From positions 32,001 to 96,000 of the IMG/VR virus record IMGVR_UViG_3300033463_000010: a stretch of DNA of 64,000 nt. One strand, 5' to 3'. Below the pieces are notes generated by a model that saw only the letters and a list, made by a program, of their open reading frames with translations, had not been told where the DNA came from and did no database searches. This DNA comes from a virus (lineage: Duplodnaviria; Caudoviricetes). A program made the translations under genes and the position numbers. The first letter of the stretch is position 1; each line of letters opens with the position of its first letter. This document shows positions 1 to 9,087 of the stretch, piece by piece.

Positions 1-291
1 ATGAATGCTTACGCTAACAAACTGCTTGCAAGAGCCGAGGGTATTTGGCACAATCTAGGGCTGTCGCTCAATGGGAAGAACTCCCAGGAACACGACGGCT
101 ATACGTCCCTTGAATTGATTTTCCAGGATATTACCCCCGCCCAGGCTGAAATGCTTGTATCACAAATGAGCAAGGCTTTTAGGCGGGCGAATATCTATTG
201 GAAATCAGCAGAAATCGGGAAGAAGATTTGCGTTGAAATCCCGCCTATGGGTTCGGGGACCCCCGTTCCTATGAAACGCAGTTGCAGGTAG
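1..291 (+). CDS. Hypothetical protein, possibly 5'-truncated
   Basis: Open frame from base 1; no recognised motif. Confidence 0.5.
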   Translation: MNAYANKLLARAEGIWHNLGLSLNGKNSQEHDGYTSLELIFQDITPAQAEMLVSQMSKAFRRANIYWKSAEIGKKICVEIPPMGSGTPVPMKRSCR

Positions 292-312
292 TAACCACTT
301 TGTTTATATTTT

Positions 313-449
313 GGGAGCAGGACGGTTTGTAGCCATTCCGTCCTGTTACTTCCATAAGGGTGGAATAGCCCTACGTCGCTACTTTGGTAGCAGGCTCATT
401 GGCGTGGGGCGGGGCAGCGTAGTTCTCGGTTTTCTACGCTGCCTTTTTC
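313..449 (+). ncRNA. Candidate structured small RNA ending in an intrinsic terminator
   Basis: TATATT at 305-310; hairpins GCAGGACGG/CCGTCCTGT and GCCCTACGTC/GGCGTGGGGC; terminator GGCAGCGTAG/CTACGCTGCC-TTTTT. Confidence 0.3.
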
Positions 450-478
450 TTGACAGCCACCAGGTAATTTGTTATATT
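450..478 (+). promoter_or_regulatory. Repeated phage sigma70-type promoter
   Basis: TTGACA-17bp-TATATT with GGTAATTTGT spacer motif. Confidence 0.8.
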
Positions 479-504
479 TAAGGGACCTAAACAAGAGGTT
501 CAAA

Positions 505-1203
505 ATGCCCATTACGATTATCAGTGTTACCGAAAACCCGCTCCAACTCATAGGTGAGTCCGCAGGTATTTGTTGGAATGCACCCGTTGACGACCCGCAG
601 AAGAATATCCTTCGTGCGATTTCCTGCATTGAAGCGGACCACGGGCGTGTCCTGGAATATCCCGATATTACGATTGTGATTGACGGTAAGTCTGCCCGTG
701 CGTTCCGTGAACTCTATACGCACATTGGCGGTGGACCTACCCGCCTGCAATCGTCCACCCGATATGTTGACGAAAGCAACTTTAAGTATTATACGCCCCC
801 GTCCTGCCAAAAGGACGGTGTGCGTGAAGTTTACGAAAAGGGTATGAAGCAGGTTGCGGAATTTTACGGGGAGCTTATTGAACTAGGTGTTCCCCGTGAA
901 GACGCAGCTAACGCCCTGCCGTTGGGTATGGATTCAAAGGTGGTGTGGAAGATTAACCTGCGTTCCCTTGTGAACTTTATGAACAAGCGTCTTTGCAGCC
1001 GTGCCCTTTTGGAAATCCGTCAGTTCGCAAACGAACTTCGCACCCTGCTTATGAAGATTAACGTAGAATGGGAATGGATAGGCGAAAACCTTTTCGTGCC
1101 GTCTTGTGAACGCTACAAGTTCCTTAACAAGTCTATGTGCTTCTGCATTGAGAAGAAGGGTTGCGGTCGCCACAAGTATATCAAGGATTGCACTCTTGAC
1201 TGA
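505..1203 (+). CDS. thyX: FAD-dependent thymidylate synthase ThyX
   Basis: HGRVLEY, RELYTH, QSSTRY, REDAANALP, NLRSLVNF..KRL..RA..EIR motifs; ATG 505 follows GAGG; the RHR signature is divergent (THI). Confidence 0.88.
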   Translation: MPITIISVTENPLQLIGESAGICWNAPVDDPQKNILRAISCIEADHGRVLEYPDITIVIDGKSARAFRELYTHIGGGPTRLQSSTRYVDESNFKYYTPPSCQKDGVREVYEKGMKQVAEFYGELIELGVPREDAANALPLGMDSKVVWKINLRSLVNFMNKRLCSRALLEIRQFANELRTLLMKINVEWEWIGENLFVPSCERYKFLNKSMCFCIEKKGCGRHKYIKDCTLD

Positions 1204-1537
1204 AAAGATTGATTGGAAAGAAGTTCGGTCCCGTATCTTGGAAACTCCCGTGGTGGTTCCACCGAAGAAGCCGTCACGCAAGGTGGACTCCGAAAAGTCC
1301 AGGGAAAAGGGGAAGCGGTTCTATGACGCTCATAAGGACGACCCCGTTTTCAAGGAAAAGAAGTCCGTAAGCAATAAGGCTTATAAGGACGCACACAAGG
1401 ACGACCCCGAATACAAGGCGAATAAGTCCGAATATAACAAATTATACAAGTTGGCTCATAAGGACGACCCTGTTTTCAAGGCGAAAAGAGCCGAGGCGTG
1501 TAGGCGTTATAGGGCAAAAAAGCGTCTTGCAGCCTAA
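1196..1537 (+). CDS. Basic helical-repeat protein (three AHKDDP repeats)
   Basis: TTG start overlapping thyX stop, AAGGA upstream; 21-aa periodicity. Confidence 0.65.
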   Translation: MTEKIDWKEVRSRILETPVVVPPKKPSRKVDSEKSREKGKRFYDAHKDDPVFKEKKSVSNKAYKDAHKDDPEYKANKSEYNKLYKLAHKDDPVFKAKRAEACRRYRAKKRLAA

Positions 1538-1547
1538 TCAGCGATTT

Positions 1548-1574
1548 ACCCCGATACCACGTATCGGGGTTTTT
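1548..1574 (+). terminator. Intrinsic terminator
   Basis: ACCCCGATAC-cac-GTATCGGGGT-TTTT. Confidence 0.8.
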
Positions 1575-1609
1575 AATTATATTTAGGTTGAATAAGAGGA
1601 TATTGACTT

Positions 1610-2038
1610 ATGGCAAAGAGAATACCCGCAAAACAAGTAGTCCGTGCAGGGACAGAATCCGATTTGCGTGAGAAACTTATTGACCGTGAATTGGGCTTCT
1701 GTGATACGGAAAAATCCCTGTATATTATGCGTGACGGTATTTTGCACCCCCTGTCTAGGGTATTCACTGCGGTTTACGGTGTAACTACCCGTGTGCAAAT
1801 ACAGGAAGCTATAGACGCAGGGGCTTTGGTAGTTTTGCGAGGGTTGAGCATCTACGGTAACACTGTGGATGTTTATATGGTGCTATCGTCTGTGCAAAAA
1901 TCTACTTCGGGGTATGATACTTACACGTTTGGTTCCTCATTGGATATTCAAGGGGATAATGCTGTGTTTTATTGGGCTAAACTGACAGGCTCTAGTTGGT
2001 CTAACGGAGCTAGGACTGTGACGGGTAGTTCTGTATAA
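1610..2038 (+). CDS. Hypothetical, possible virion fibre/decoration protein
   Basis: GAGG RBS; RELGFCDTEKSLYI resembles N-terminal motifs of phage fibre proteins. Confidence 0.55.
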   Translation: MAKRIPAKQVVRAGTESDLREKLIDRELGFCDTEKSLYIMRDGILHPLSRVFTAVYGVTTRVQIQEAIDAGALVVLRGLSIYGNTVDVYMVLSSVQKSTSGYDTYTFGSSLDIQGDNAVFYWAKLTGSSWSNGARTVTGSSV

Positions 2039-2052
2039 GTTGAGGTAGGACT

Positions 2053-2826
2053 ATGCGTATAACGAAAGTAAATCAAAGAATTTCACGACTTGACGAACAG
2101 TTGAGCAAACTGCTCTATTTGAAAGAACACCCGAAGCGTCGTCTTCACGAATCCTTGTCCGATTGGGCAGACCGTGAAGTGCAAATTGCCTGTAAGGGTG
2201 CGGACGGCTATGGTGCAGGCTGCTATCAGTCGGCATTGAAAGCGTTCCGTTCTCTTATGGACGACGGGCATAGTGGATTTTCTATCGGCTGCACGAAAGC
2301 AATCTTGAACAGATTGATTGACGGCAAGCCCCTTACGCCTATCAATGACGTGGACGACGAATGGAATAGTGAATCCGATTTTTATGGGGAAGATGGGCAT
2401 TATCAGCACAAACGTGCGTCGTCTGTATTTAAGACGGTGAACCCCGACGGCTCCGTGGAATATAGCGACGTTGACAGAACCGTGTTGGTTGAAGTTGCCG
2501 ACGACGGCACAGAAACAACGTGGCATAGCGGGTTAGCGTCCAAACTTGTAAATGAAATTGTAGGACCGATAACGTTCCCGTATTACCCTAGTGCTAAACC
2601 CTACAAGGTTTATGCCCACCAATTTGATTCTGTGAATGCAGAAGTAGGTTGTTTTGATACGTCGCATATCTTGAAAATCGTGGACCCCGACGGAAACGAA
2701 ATTGATTGTGAACGTTTCTATGTTGAAAGTGGGGACAGGGGCTTCCAGGAAGTAGGACGTGAAGAATACGCTGCACGTGTTTTGTCATACAGAAATGCCC
2801 TCAAATCCCGTGTAGCAAATAAATAA
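2053..2826 (+). CDS. Phage hypothetical protein with N-terminal extension ending RRLHES
   Basis: 257-aa ORF with RBS; GHSGFS...KPLTPI core. Confidence 0.75.
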   Translation: MRITKVNQRISRLDEQLSKLLYLKEHPKRRLHESLSDWADREVQIACKGADGYGAGCYQSALKAFRSLMDDGHSGFSIGCTKAILNRLIDGKPLTPINDVDDEWNSESDFYGEDGHYQHKRASSVFKTVNPDGSVEYSDVDRTVLVEVADDGTETTWHSGLASKLVNEIVGPITFPYYPSAKPYKVYAHQFDSVNAEVGCFDTSHILKIVDPDGNEIDCERFYVESGDRGFQEVGREEYAARVLSYRNALKSRVANK

Positions 2827-2870
2827 TTTTACTTTGTTTGTGAATTTATTATATTGGCGAGGATAAAACT

Positions 2871-3131
2871 ATGGAGCAATTTGTGGAAATTCTAACAGGA
2901 TTATCTAGCATTATCGGTGTTCCCGCAACATTATGCCTTGCTTGGGCAGTTTTTGTGATAAAGGACCACGCCAAAAGAATTAAGCAACTTGAAGACGACC
3001 TAAAAGAAGCGGACAAGAACCGTGCAGGTGAATTGAACGCTATCTACGACCGCATTAACCAAATGGCTTCGGACGTTTCCTTTATCAAGGGTGCCTTGTC
3101 CGAACGCTACACAAAGGACGGTATGAAATGA
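2871..3131 (+). CDS. Holin-like membrane protein
   Basis: One N-terminal hydrophobic segment plus coiled coil; upstream of a cell-wall peptidase. Confidence 0.5.
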   Translation: MEQFVEILTGLSSIIGVPATLCLAWAVFVIKDHAKRIKQLEDDLKEADKNRAGELNAIYDRINQMASDVSFIKGALSERYTKDGMK

Positions 3132-3598
3132 ACGTCTATTCCATAACTATGAACAAGCCGTGTCTTGCTGTGACACCGTTAGGCGACAGGTATTACAAGT
3201 TATCCCAGGACACCGATATTATGGTCCATACCGATATTGGTTGCCTGGAAATGTCTATCAAGGCGGGGTTCGTCACGAATTTCCGCAGTGGTGGCAGATT
3301 TGTTGACGGGTTCGTTGACCAGGTGGGCGACGAAAAGAAATCGCTTATTTATCTAATCCACGATTTGTTCTATACCCCCTGTGACGATTGCAACGGGGAA
3401 CACCCCGTAACCCGTGAGTTCGCAGACGAATTTCTGCGTGACGGGCTTGAATGGGCAGGTATGGGTAAGTTCAAGCGTAATGTGGTTTATTACTCCGTCC
3501 GTGTGTTCGGGAAGAAGGCTTACGAAGAAGACGACCACTTGACCGACACTAACAGGGTCCTGTTCACATTCAAGTGGTCCGCAAAGGAAGCGGGGTAG
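3128..3598 (+). CDS. DUF1353-like protein
   Basis: GFVTN..S, IHDLFY, R..ADEF, YYSVRVFG pattern. Confidence 0.65.
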   Translation: MNVYSITMNKPCLAVTPLGDRYYKLSQDTDIMVHTDIGCLEMSIKAGFVTNFRSGGRFVDGFVDQVGDEKKSLIYLIHDLFYTPCDDCNGEHPVTREFADEFLRDGLEWAGMGKFKRNVVYYSVRVFGKKAYEEDDHLTDTNRVLFTFKWSAKEAG

Positions 3599-3602
3599 TT
3601 GT

Positions 3603-4016
3603 ATGACGCTCACTGAATACTTGAAGCACTTTATCGGTCGCCCGTATATTTGGTCGGGGGACGGAACGGGAAAGTCACAGAACGGCTTTGATTGCAGCGG
3701 ACTTGTCCTGGAGGGTCTTTGGGCTTTGGGGCTTTATACGGGTTCGGATGTGACCGCCCAGGGACTTTACAATTTTCTTACAAAGCAGGCTAATTGGCGG
3801 GAGGGCAACATAGACCACGCCAATGACTGCGATATTCTGTTCTTTGGTAAGTCCACCGAAAAGATTACCCACGTTGCAGTCGCTCTTGGGGACGGCTTAA
3901 TGCTTGAAGCGGGCGGTGGCGGGTCGTCCTGTAAGACCGCTGCTGCTTCTACGGGATTTGTCCGTGTAAGACCTATCCGCAAGGACGTGGTGGCTTGCGT
4001 CTATTTGAAAAAGTAG
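3603..4016 (+). CDS. NlpC/P60 cell-wall peptidase (endolysin candidate)
   Basis: GRPYIWSG, GFDCSGLV, DILFF, HVAVALG. Confidence 0.9.
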   Translation: MTLTEYLKHFIGRPYIWSGDGTGKSQNGFDCSGLVLEGLWALGLYTGSDVTAQGLYNFLTKQANWREGNIDHANDCDILFFGKSTEKITHVAVALGDGLMLEAGGGGSSCKTAAASTGFVRVRPIRKDVVACVYLKK

Positions 4017-4049
4017 CCATTGTGCTATATAAATAGGGAGGGACTATCT

Positions 4050-4382
4050 ATGGAATTGCTGTTTCAATTAACGTCCATCGGCTTGTCTGTGTGCCTGCTT
4101 CTATCCTGTGTGTATATGGTGAAGCAGGTCCGCAAGGCTATGGAGCAGTTCCAAAAGTTTGAGAAGTTGTTTAGGGCTTTGCGGGAAGCGAATACAAAGG
4201 CTCGCTTTATGGCAACGTCCGTAAAAGACAAGGTGACGTTCCTGGAAACTACCTTACAGGACTTGCAATCCCAAATAGATATTCTCTTACATACACCGAA
4301 TAACCCGCCTAAAACCGAGGTAAACAATGGCAACAACGACGTTAGTTCTTCTAATTCTGTTGATTCTGTCGGTAATCACTAA
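4050..4382 (+). CDS. Membrane-anchored coiled-coil protein (i-spanin-like)
   Basis: N-terminal TM helix then heptad repeats; lysis-cassette position; GGAGG RBS. Confidence 0.45.
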   Translation: MELLFQLTSIGLSVCLLLSCVYMVKQVRKAMEQFQKFEKLFRALREANTKARFMATSVKDKVTFLETTLQDLQSQIDILLHTPNNPPKTEVNNGNNDVSSSNSVDSVGNH

Positions 4383-4530
4383 CATTTTGCTTGCAATCCG
4401 TGTGGTTGTGCTGCGAAATTATTTACATTTATTTGAAGCGAAGATAGGCGAAATTGAATTGCGTCTGTCCCCTAAACACATTCAAAAGGAACTGAAAAAT
4501 GAACAAGAACAAAAAACTGTCCGCACTTGA
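4327..4530 (+). CDS. Small membrane protein
   Basis: CCGAGG RBS; strongly hydrophobic N-terminus. Confidence 0.55.
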   Translation: MATTTLVLLILLILSVITNILLAIRVVVLRNYLHLFEAKIGEIELRLSPKHIQKELKNEQEQKTVRT

Positions 4531-4885
4531 AGCCTTAATCAGCAAGCGTCGTTCCCGCCTGCAGGCTGCACAGAATAAGTCTGTGCAGAAGAAAGTGGAA
4601 CAGCCGAAAGTTGAAGCCCCCAAGGTAGAACAGCCCAAGGTTGAAGAAGTCGCTGAAACCCCGACTGCTCCGATTGTTGAAGAAGTCGCTGAAACCCCGA
4701 CCGCTCCGATTGTTGAAGAAGTCGCTGAAACCCCGACCGCTCCGATTGTTGAAGAAGTCGCTGAAACCCCGACCGCAGAACCGCAGGACGAAGCACCGAC
4801 CGCAGAAGAACCTGTTGAGGTCGTGGAAGCCGAAGTCAAGCCGAAGCGTCGCAACCGCAAGAATCGTGAGGTTGAAAATGGCTAA
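4499..4885 (+). CDS. Low-complexity protein with VEEVAETPTAPI repeats
   Basis: Basic termini, acidic Pro-rich repeat core. Confidence 0.7.
   Translation: MNKNKKLSALEALISKRRSRLQAAQNKSVQKKVEQPKVEAPKVEQPKVEEVAETPTAPIVEEVAETPTAPIVEEVAETPTAPIVEEVAETPTAEPQDEAPTAEEPVEVVEAEVKPKRRNRKNREVENG
4640..4776 (+). repeat. 36-bp coding tandem repeat, about 3.8 copies
   Basis: Unit GTTGAAGAAGTCGCTGAAACCCCGACYGCTCCGATT, no spacers. Confidence 0.95.
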
Positions 4886-5012
4886 ACAGAAAGTTGACGA
4901 AGTAATCGTCAAGGTCCCGCAGGGGACCAAAACCGTGAAGATTGAATTTGGGAATGCCCCGTCTAACGAAAACGTTGGCGGTAAGGGTTCCCGAAAGAAA
5001 ATCTGCGATTAA
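4878..5012 (+). CDS. Small hypothetical protein (44 aa)
   Basis: GAGG RBS then MAKQKVDEVIVKVP. Confidence 0.6.
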   Translation: MAKQKVDEVIVKVPQGTKTVKIEFGNAPSNENVGGKGSRKKICD

Positions 5013-5030
5013 CCGATAAACCGACACCCT

Positions 5031-5930
5031 ATGGATATTCTAATACCGTTCGTTGAATCTAACGACGACGCTTGGCTTGACGTATTCCTAAAAGCCAAGA
5101 ATTTGCACCCGAAGAACGAAAAGGCACGACAGATTTTCTTTGTGCCGTTTCGTCGTCGTTATTCTAGTCACGGGTTGTTTAAGTATTGGTGGCGAGCCTT
5201 GGAACAGAACTACAAGTCCTTGGGCAAAGTCCACTTGCTGCTTATGCAGCCGTCGCAGTTCCCGTCTTTCTTGAACAAGGACGACCCCCGAATTGTGGTT
5301 CACTATCATAATGAGTTCATTCCCGAAAAGCACCGCCCGTGCTTTAATAGTGCAACTATTGAGTTGTGTGCTATCAAGGAATTGGATTTGAAGGGCAATT
5401 TCATATTGGCAAATGACGATATGTATGCCAACGCTCCTGTGGACGATACCTGCTTTGAGCAGGACGGCAAGCCGTTAATGTTCATTGAGGGTCGTGACGC
5501 TTATGGGGCGTTCAATCAGTTCCGAAAGACGCTTACCAACGGGCATAAGTTGGTTATGGACCATTACTGCAAGCCCCTGCCTTATTACCATTGGCACCAT
5601 TTGTTCCAGGTCTATAACGCTGAATTTTGCAAGTCGTTCTTGAATGACGAATGGGAGCGTATTTCAAAGGGATTGGGTAAGTGGCGACGGGACCACGACT
5701 ATAACCATATGCTGCTAATGATGGCACAGAACATTAGCGGTATGGCGGTCCACAGCGACAAGTTCCCGCATATCGGTTATTTTGAAATGCCTACGTTCTC
5801 GCCCCAGGTTTATGCGGAAGCCGACACCCGCCAGGTTGTCTGCTTTAATGACACTACGGGCAAGAATGACAAGACCACCCGTGAGTATTTGGCAAGAAAA
5901 TATCCGAACAAGAGTTCTTTTGAAGTTTGA
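5031..5930 (+). CDS. Stealth-family sugar-phosphate transferase
   Basis: CR1-like MDILIPFVESNDDAW; CR2-like FNSATIE and FILANDDMY; CR4-like VCFND. Confidence 0.8.
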   Translation: MDILIPFVESNDDAWLDVFLKAKNLHPKNEKARQIFFVPFRRRYSSHGLFKYWWRALEQNYKSLGKVHLLLMQPSQFPSFLNKDDPRIVVHYHNEFIPEKHRPCFNSATIELCAIKELDLKGNFILANDDMYANAPVDDTCFEQDGKPLMFIEGRDAYGAFNQFRKTLTNGHKLVMDHYCKPLPYYHWHHLFQVYNAEFCKSFLNDEWERISKGLGKWRRDHDYNHMLLMMAQNISGMAVHSDKFPHIGYFEMPTFSPQVYAEADTRQVVCFNDTTGKNDKTTREYLARKYPNKSSFEV

Positions 5931-5960
5931 CGCTCCCTAGAATTATATATATTTAGGGAT

Positions 5961-6302
5961 ATGGATTTTAACCACGATTATGACGGCACTAACGAATTGC
6001 TCGTTGTGGGCAGTCGTGAACGCTTGCAGGCTTGCAAGTGCGTGATTTTGGCGTTTGGGGATTTGGGTTATACGGACCCGCCCCTGCCCGATTTGAGTGA
6101 AGCTATCGGTGACTTTACGGATTACGACGGGCAGACCGCTGTAAAGAATAAAATCCGTGAAATCCTAATCCGCTCGCAGGTAGTCCGTGACGACGAAATC
6201 CTGGGCATTGATATAATTTCACAGGTTGGCGACGAAAGGTTCACCGTGGACTTGCAACTAACGTTCGGTAATGAAACTTTTGACGTAAACGGGATAGTGT
6301 AG
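5961..6302 (+). CDS. Baseplate gp25/W-like protein
   Basis: Size and position at the start of the baseplate operon; weak motif match. Confidence 0.45.
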   Translation: MDFNHDYDGTNELLVVGSRERLQACKCVILAFGDLGYTDPPLPDLSEAIGDFTDYDGQTAVKNKIREILIRSQVVRDDEILGIDIISQVGDERFTVDLQLTFGNETFDVNGIV

Positions 6303-6312
6303 AGGTTAAAGT

Positions 6313-8316
6313 ATGGCTCAACAGTTCTATGACCATTTTGCATTAGCGAACCTGTCCATACAGGAACGCTTGGGGCGTTCCGCAGCCACGCTTAATAAGG
6401 ACTCCGCAGTATTTGGGCAGCAGACCCGTTCGTTCTTGCAGATGCTTATGTATGGGCTTGACGCTATCACAGCCCGTTCCGCTTCGCACCTGCTCAATAT
6501 GGACGTGCTGTATAGCAACGACGCTTACTTGCTGAAACTTGCGGAAGGCATTCTGCTTAACAGCGTTGAGTCTATCACTCCCCCGAAGATTAACGCTGCA
6601 ACTCCGTTCCGCTTTTGGTCGGAACGCTCTTACACCCGTTGGAGTTCGCTAGGGACGATTTCGCTGAAAGACGGGACGAAGACGAACCTTATTGTGTTCA
6701 AGATTGACGCAACAGGTCACGTAGAAGGCTCCGACCTGGGGACTGAATACGAAGCCCTTTACTGTGCGGGCGACTACGTGCAGCAGACTATTGACAGCGG
6801 TTTTGACGGTTACACTCCTGGTATTTTTGCACCCGTGCTTATTCCCGAAACCTACAAGTCCGTATGGTCGGAGTCCGTTGAAGTTAAGTTGGAAATGGAT
6901 AGCGACGAAGACCCTATTTATCCGAAACTTGCCTGGTCCCTGGACGAACTTTTGTCTATGCCGAACGCAGACGACGCAGCCTTGATTCAGCATACCGCCC
7001 GTGGTATGACGCTGACCCTGGGTGACGGGGAAATCTTTGGCAAGGCTTATAACGGTGGCAGCGGTAAGGCTCATATTAAGCAGGTCATTGTGACCTACGT
7101 TAAGTGTGAAAGCCTTGCCCCTGTGGACCATTCTTCCATAAAGTTCAATTCGGACATTACGGAAATGTTCCTTAAAGGTGAAAGCACTCCGTTGCTTTCG
7201 CCTATGAACACGGGTGACACCCCGACTTCTTTGCGTTCCCGTGCCATAGCGGAATTTTTCGCTGCAAGCAAGATTACGGACGAACGTGACCTTGTGACCG
7301 AGGTTAGTAAGATACCGTTCGTGAAGTCCTGCTATGGACGCAGGGAGTATAATTGGTCTTCCTGGGTTACGGTATCTATGCTGTTAAAGGGCTATAACGA
7401 TTCTAAATACGGTCGTAACACAAAAGAACGACTGTTCTTTAACCGTTATAAGTATAGCAACTACCGTCGTTACAATCCTGGTGAAATGGTAGTCTATGGG
7501 ACGAACCTTTATGTTTGCTCCGACCCGAACCACAGGGGTGTTCCGTCGGCAAAGAACGGTTGGGCGTTCTATATGTCCTTGACGGACGGCAACAAACTTT
7601 CGCAGATTTACCAACGCTATTACCCGTCGTCCTGTGTGTATGACAATGCCACAATCGTGCTTTCGGGTCTAGTGTTGAAGAACCGCAGGTATTGGAGCGA
7701 AAACGGTATTTACTACCAGGGTGACGTTGTTTATCATTCAAAGACGAAGCAGCTTTGGCTTGCGTTGCGTGACGGTGGGCAGACTGTTGAACCTGGTAGC
7801 GAAGACGACGTGTCGCTGTATAGCGAAAACAGATTTTGGGCTACCCGTGAAGAAGCCGTTGAACTTGACGACGACAGTTCTACGGAGCAGGTCTATAACC
7901 TGTCTTACAAGTTTGACGACTACGAACAACTGACACAGGCTATCTTTGAATCCGAAATCAAGGGTTATTTCAACATAGCGGGCAAGTTGGGATTTACGTC
8001 TGTTGTGGTTGAACCGCTTGGGCAGGTTGGCGTAAGCGTTGACATTCAATACACCGCCCCTTATACGATGCAGCAGCAGGTCCGAAAGGCTATTGAAGAC
8101 TATGTTTGCTATCACGTAGGTAAGACCCTGGAAGCCGATACGCTCAACTCTATGCTTACTGAAAATTTCAACTTGTCGTCCGTCTATGTGACGATTAAGT
8201 TGGACTCTGTGGATAACTCGCAGAACGGTATTGAGTTGGTCTTGCCGTCGGCTACCTATGTGCCACCTAGCCTGCTCAATGTATCACTTAAAGAATATCT
8301 TGGAACGAGGAAGTAA
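6313..8316 (+). CDS. Baseplate wedge protein (gp6/J-like) with inserted CBM5/12-like motifs
   Basis: LTLGDGEIFGK, SLRSRA...ITDERD pattern; YxxGxxVxY repeats. Confidence 0.6.
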   Translation: MAQQFYDHFALANLSIQERLGRSAATLNKDSAVFGQQTRSFLQMLMYGLDAITARSASHLLNMDVLYSNDAYLLKLAEGILLNSVESITPPKINAATPFRFWSERSYTRWSSLGTISLKDGTKTNLIVFKIDATGHVEGSDLGTEYEALYCAGDYVQQTIDSGFDGYTPGIFAPVLIPETYKSVWSESVEVKLEMDSDEDPIYPKLAWSLDELLSMPNADDAALIQHTARGMTLTLGDGEIFGKAYNGGSGKAHIKQVIVTYVKCESLAPVDHSSIKFNSDITEMFLKGESTPLLSPMNTGDTPTSLRSRAIAEFFAASKITDERDLVTEVSKIPFVKSCYGRREYNWSSWVTVSMLLKGYNDSKYGRNTKERLFFNRYKYSNYRRYNPGEMVVYGTNLYVCSDPNHRGVPSAKNGWAFYMSLTDGNKLSQIYQRYYPSSCVYDNATIVLSGLVLKNRRYWSENGIYYQGDVVYHSKTKQLWLALRDGGQTVEPGSEDDVSLYSENRFWATREEAVELDDDSSTEQVYNLSYKFDDYEQLTQAIFESEIKGYFNIAGKLGFTSVVVEPLGQVGVSVDIQYTAPYTMQQQVRKAIEDYVCYHVGKTLEADTLNSMLTENFNLSSVYVTIKLDSVDNSQNGIELVLPSATYVPPSLLNVSLKEYLGTRK

Positions 8317-8319
8317 CCT

Positions 8320-9087
8320 ATGGAACAAATGCCTGCTGCTATCGTTGATTTCGCTGCTGCTTTGAAGTTGCTTGGGCAGTCCCAAAGCGACGTTGCCGAA
8401 ATCGTAACAAAGTGGGACTTAATCTGTAATACCGACACGCCCCGCACTGTTGAAATTCAGTTGTCTAACGGGGTTCATAAGGTAGATAACCTCGCTAAAA
8501 TCCGCAACGATTTGATTAAGGGTTTGTCCCTTGATGAACCGAAAGTAAAGTCTGTGCAGTTTTCGGCATACCGTGTGAGCGGTAGAATTTCCGCTACGGA
8601 CCGCATATCTAATGCGTGGCACGAAGCAGAGGAAGACCCGTATGAACCGACACGGGTGGGTTGGGAAACTTCGGCACGTTTTGGCAATTCGGATATTGAA
8701 TCCGTGTGTATGCCTACTACGTCCAACATTACCGTGCGTATGAGTGCCTTACGCCCCGTTATCTTTGTCGGTTGGGCTACGGGGACGGACGGCAACCCGA
8801 TTACGACGTTTGACATTCACATAAAGTCTATGCAATCTGCGTGGTCTAGTTCCTTGTATAGCGAAAAGCAGTATTATACCAGGACTACGTTTGTGAATAC
8901 GAACCCTAACGGTGACGACGTTACGATTAGACTTTGGTATGACGATACTAACCCGAATGGCTATTTTACCCGTGTGCTGCCTGTTCGTAAGAGTTTCACT
9001 GTTCTTGTTTGGGCTGCTCTTGGGCAAAACCTGGTGAACATCTTTGAACTTAAAGAAGATATTGAGGGGGAACTGACTAATGGCTAG
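8320..9087 (+). CDS. Putative baseplate/fibre protein
   Basis: Operon context; beta-rich. Confidence 0.5.
   Translation: MEQMPAAIVDFAAALKLLGQSQSDVAEIVTKWDLICNTDTPRTVEIQLSNGVHKVDNLAKIRNDLIKGLSLDEPKVKSVQFSAYRVSGRISATDRISNAWHEAEEDPYEPTRVGWETSARFGNSDIESVCMPTTSNITVRMSALRPVIFVGWATGTDGNPITTFDIHIKSMQSAWSSSLYSEKQYYTRTTFVNTNPNGDDVTIRLWYDDTNPNGYFTRVLPVRKSFTVLVWAALGQNLVNIFELKEDIEGELTNG

Noticed and set aside
4028-4035. T4 late promoter TATAAATA
   Set aside because: Not found before the capsid, sheath or baseplate operons; probably chance
4640-4776. 36-bp repeats as a CRISPR array
   Set aside because: Contiguous in-frame coding repeats with no spacers
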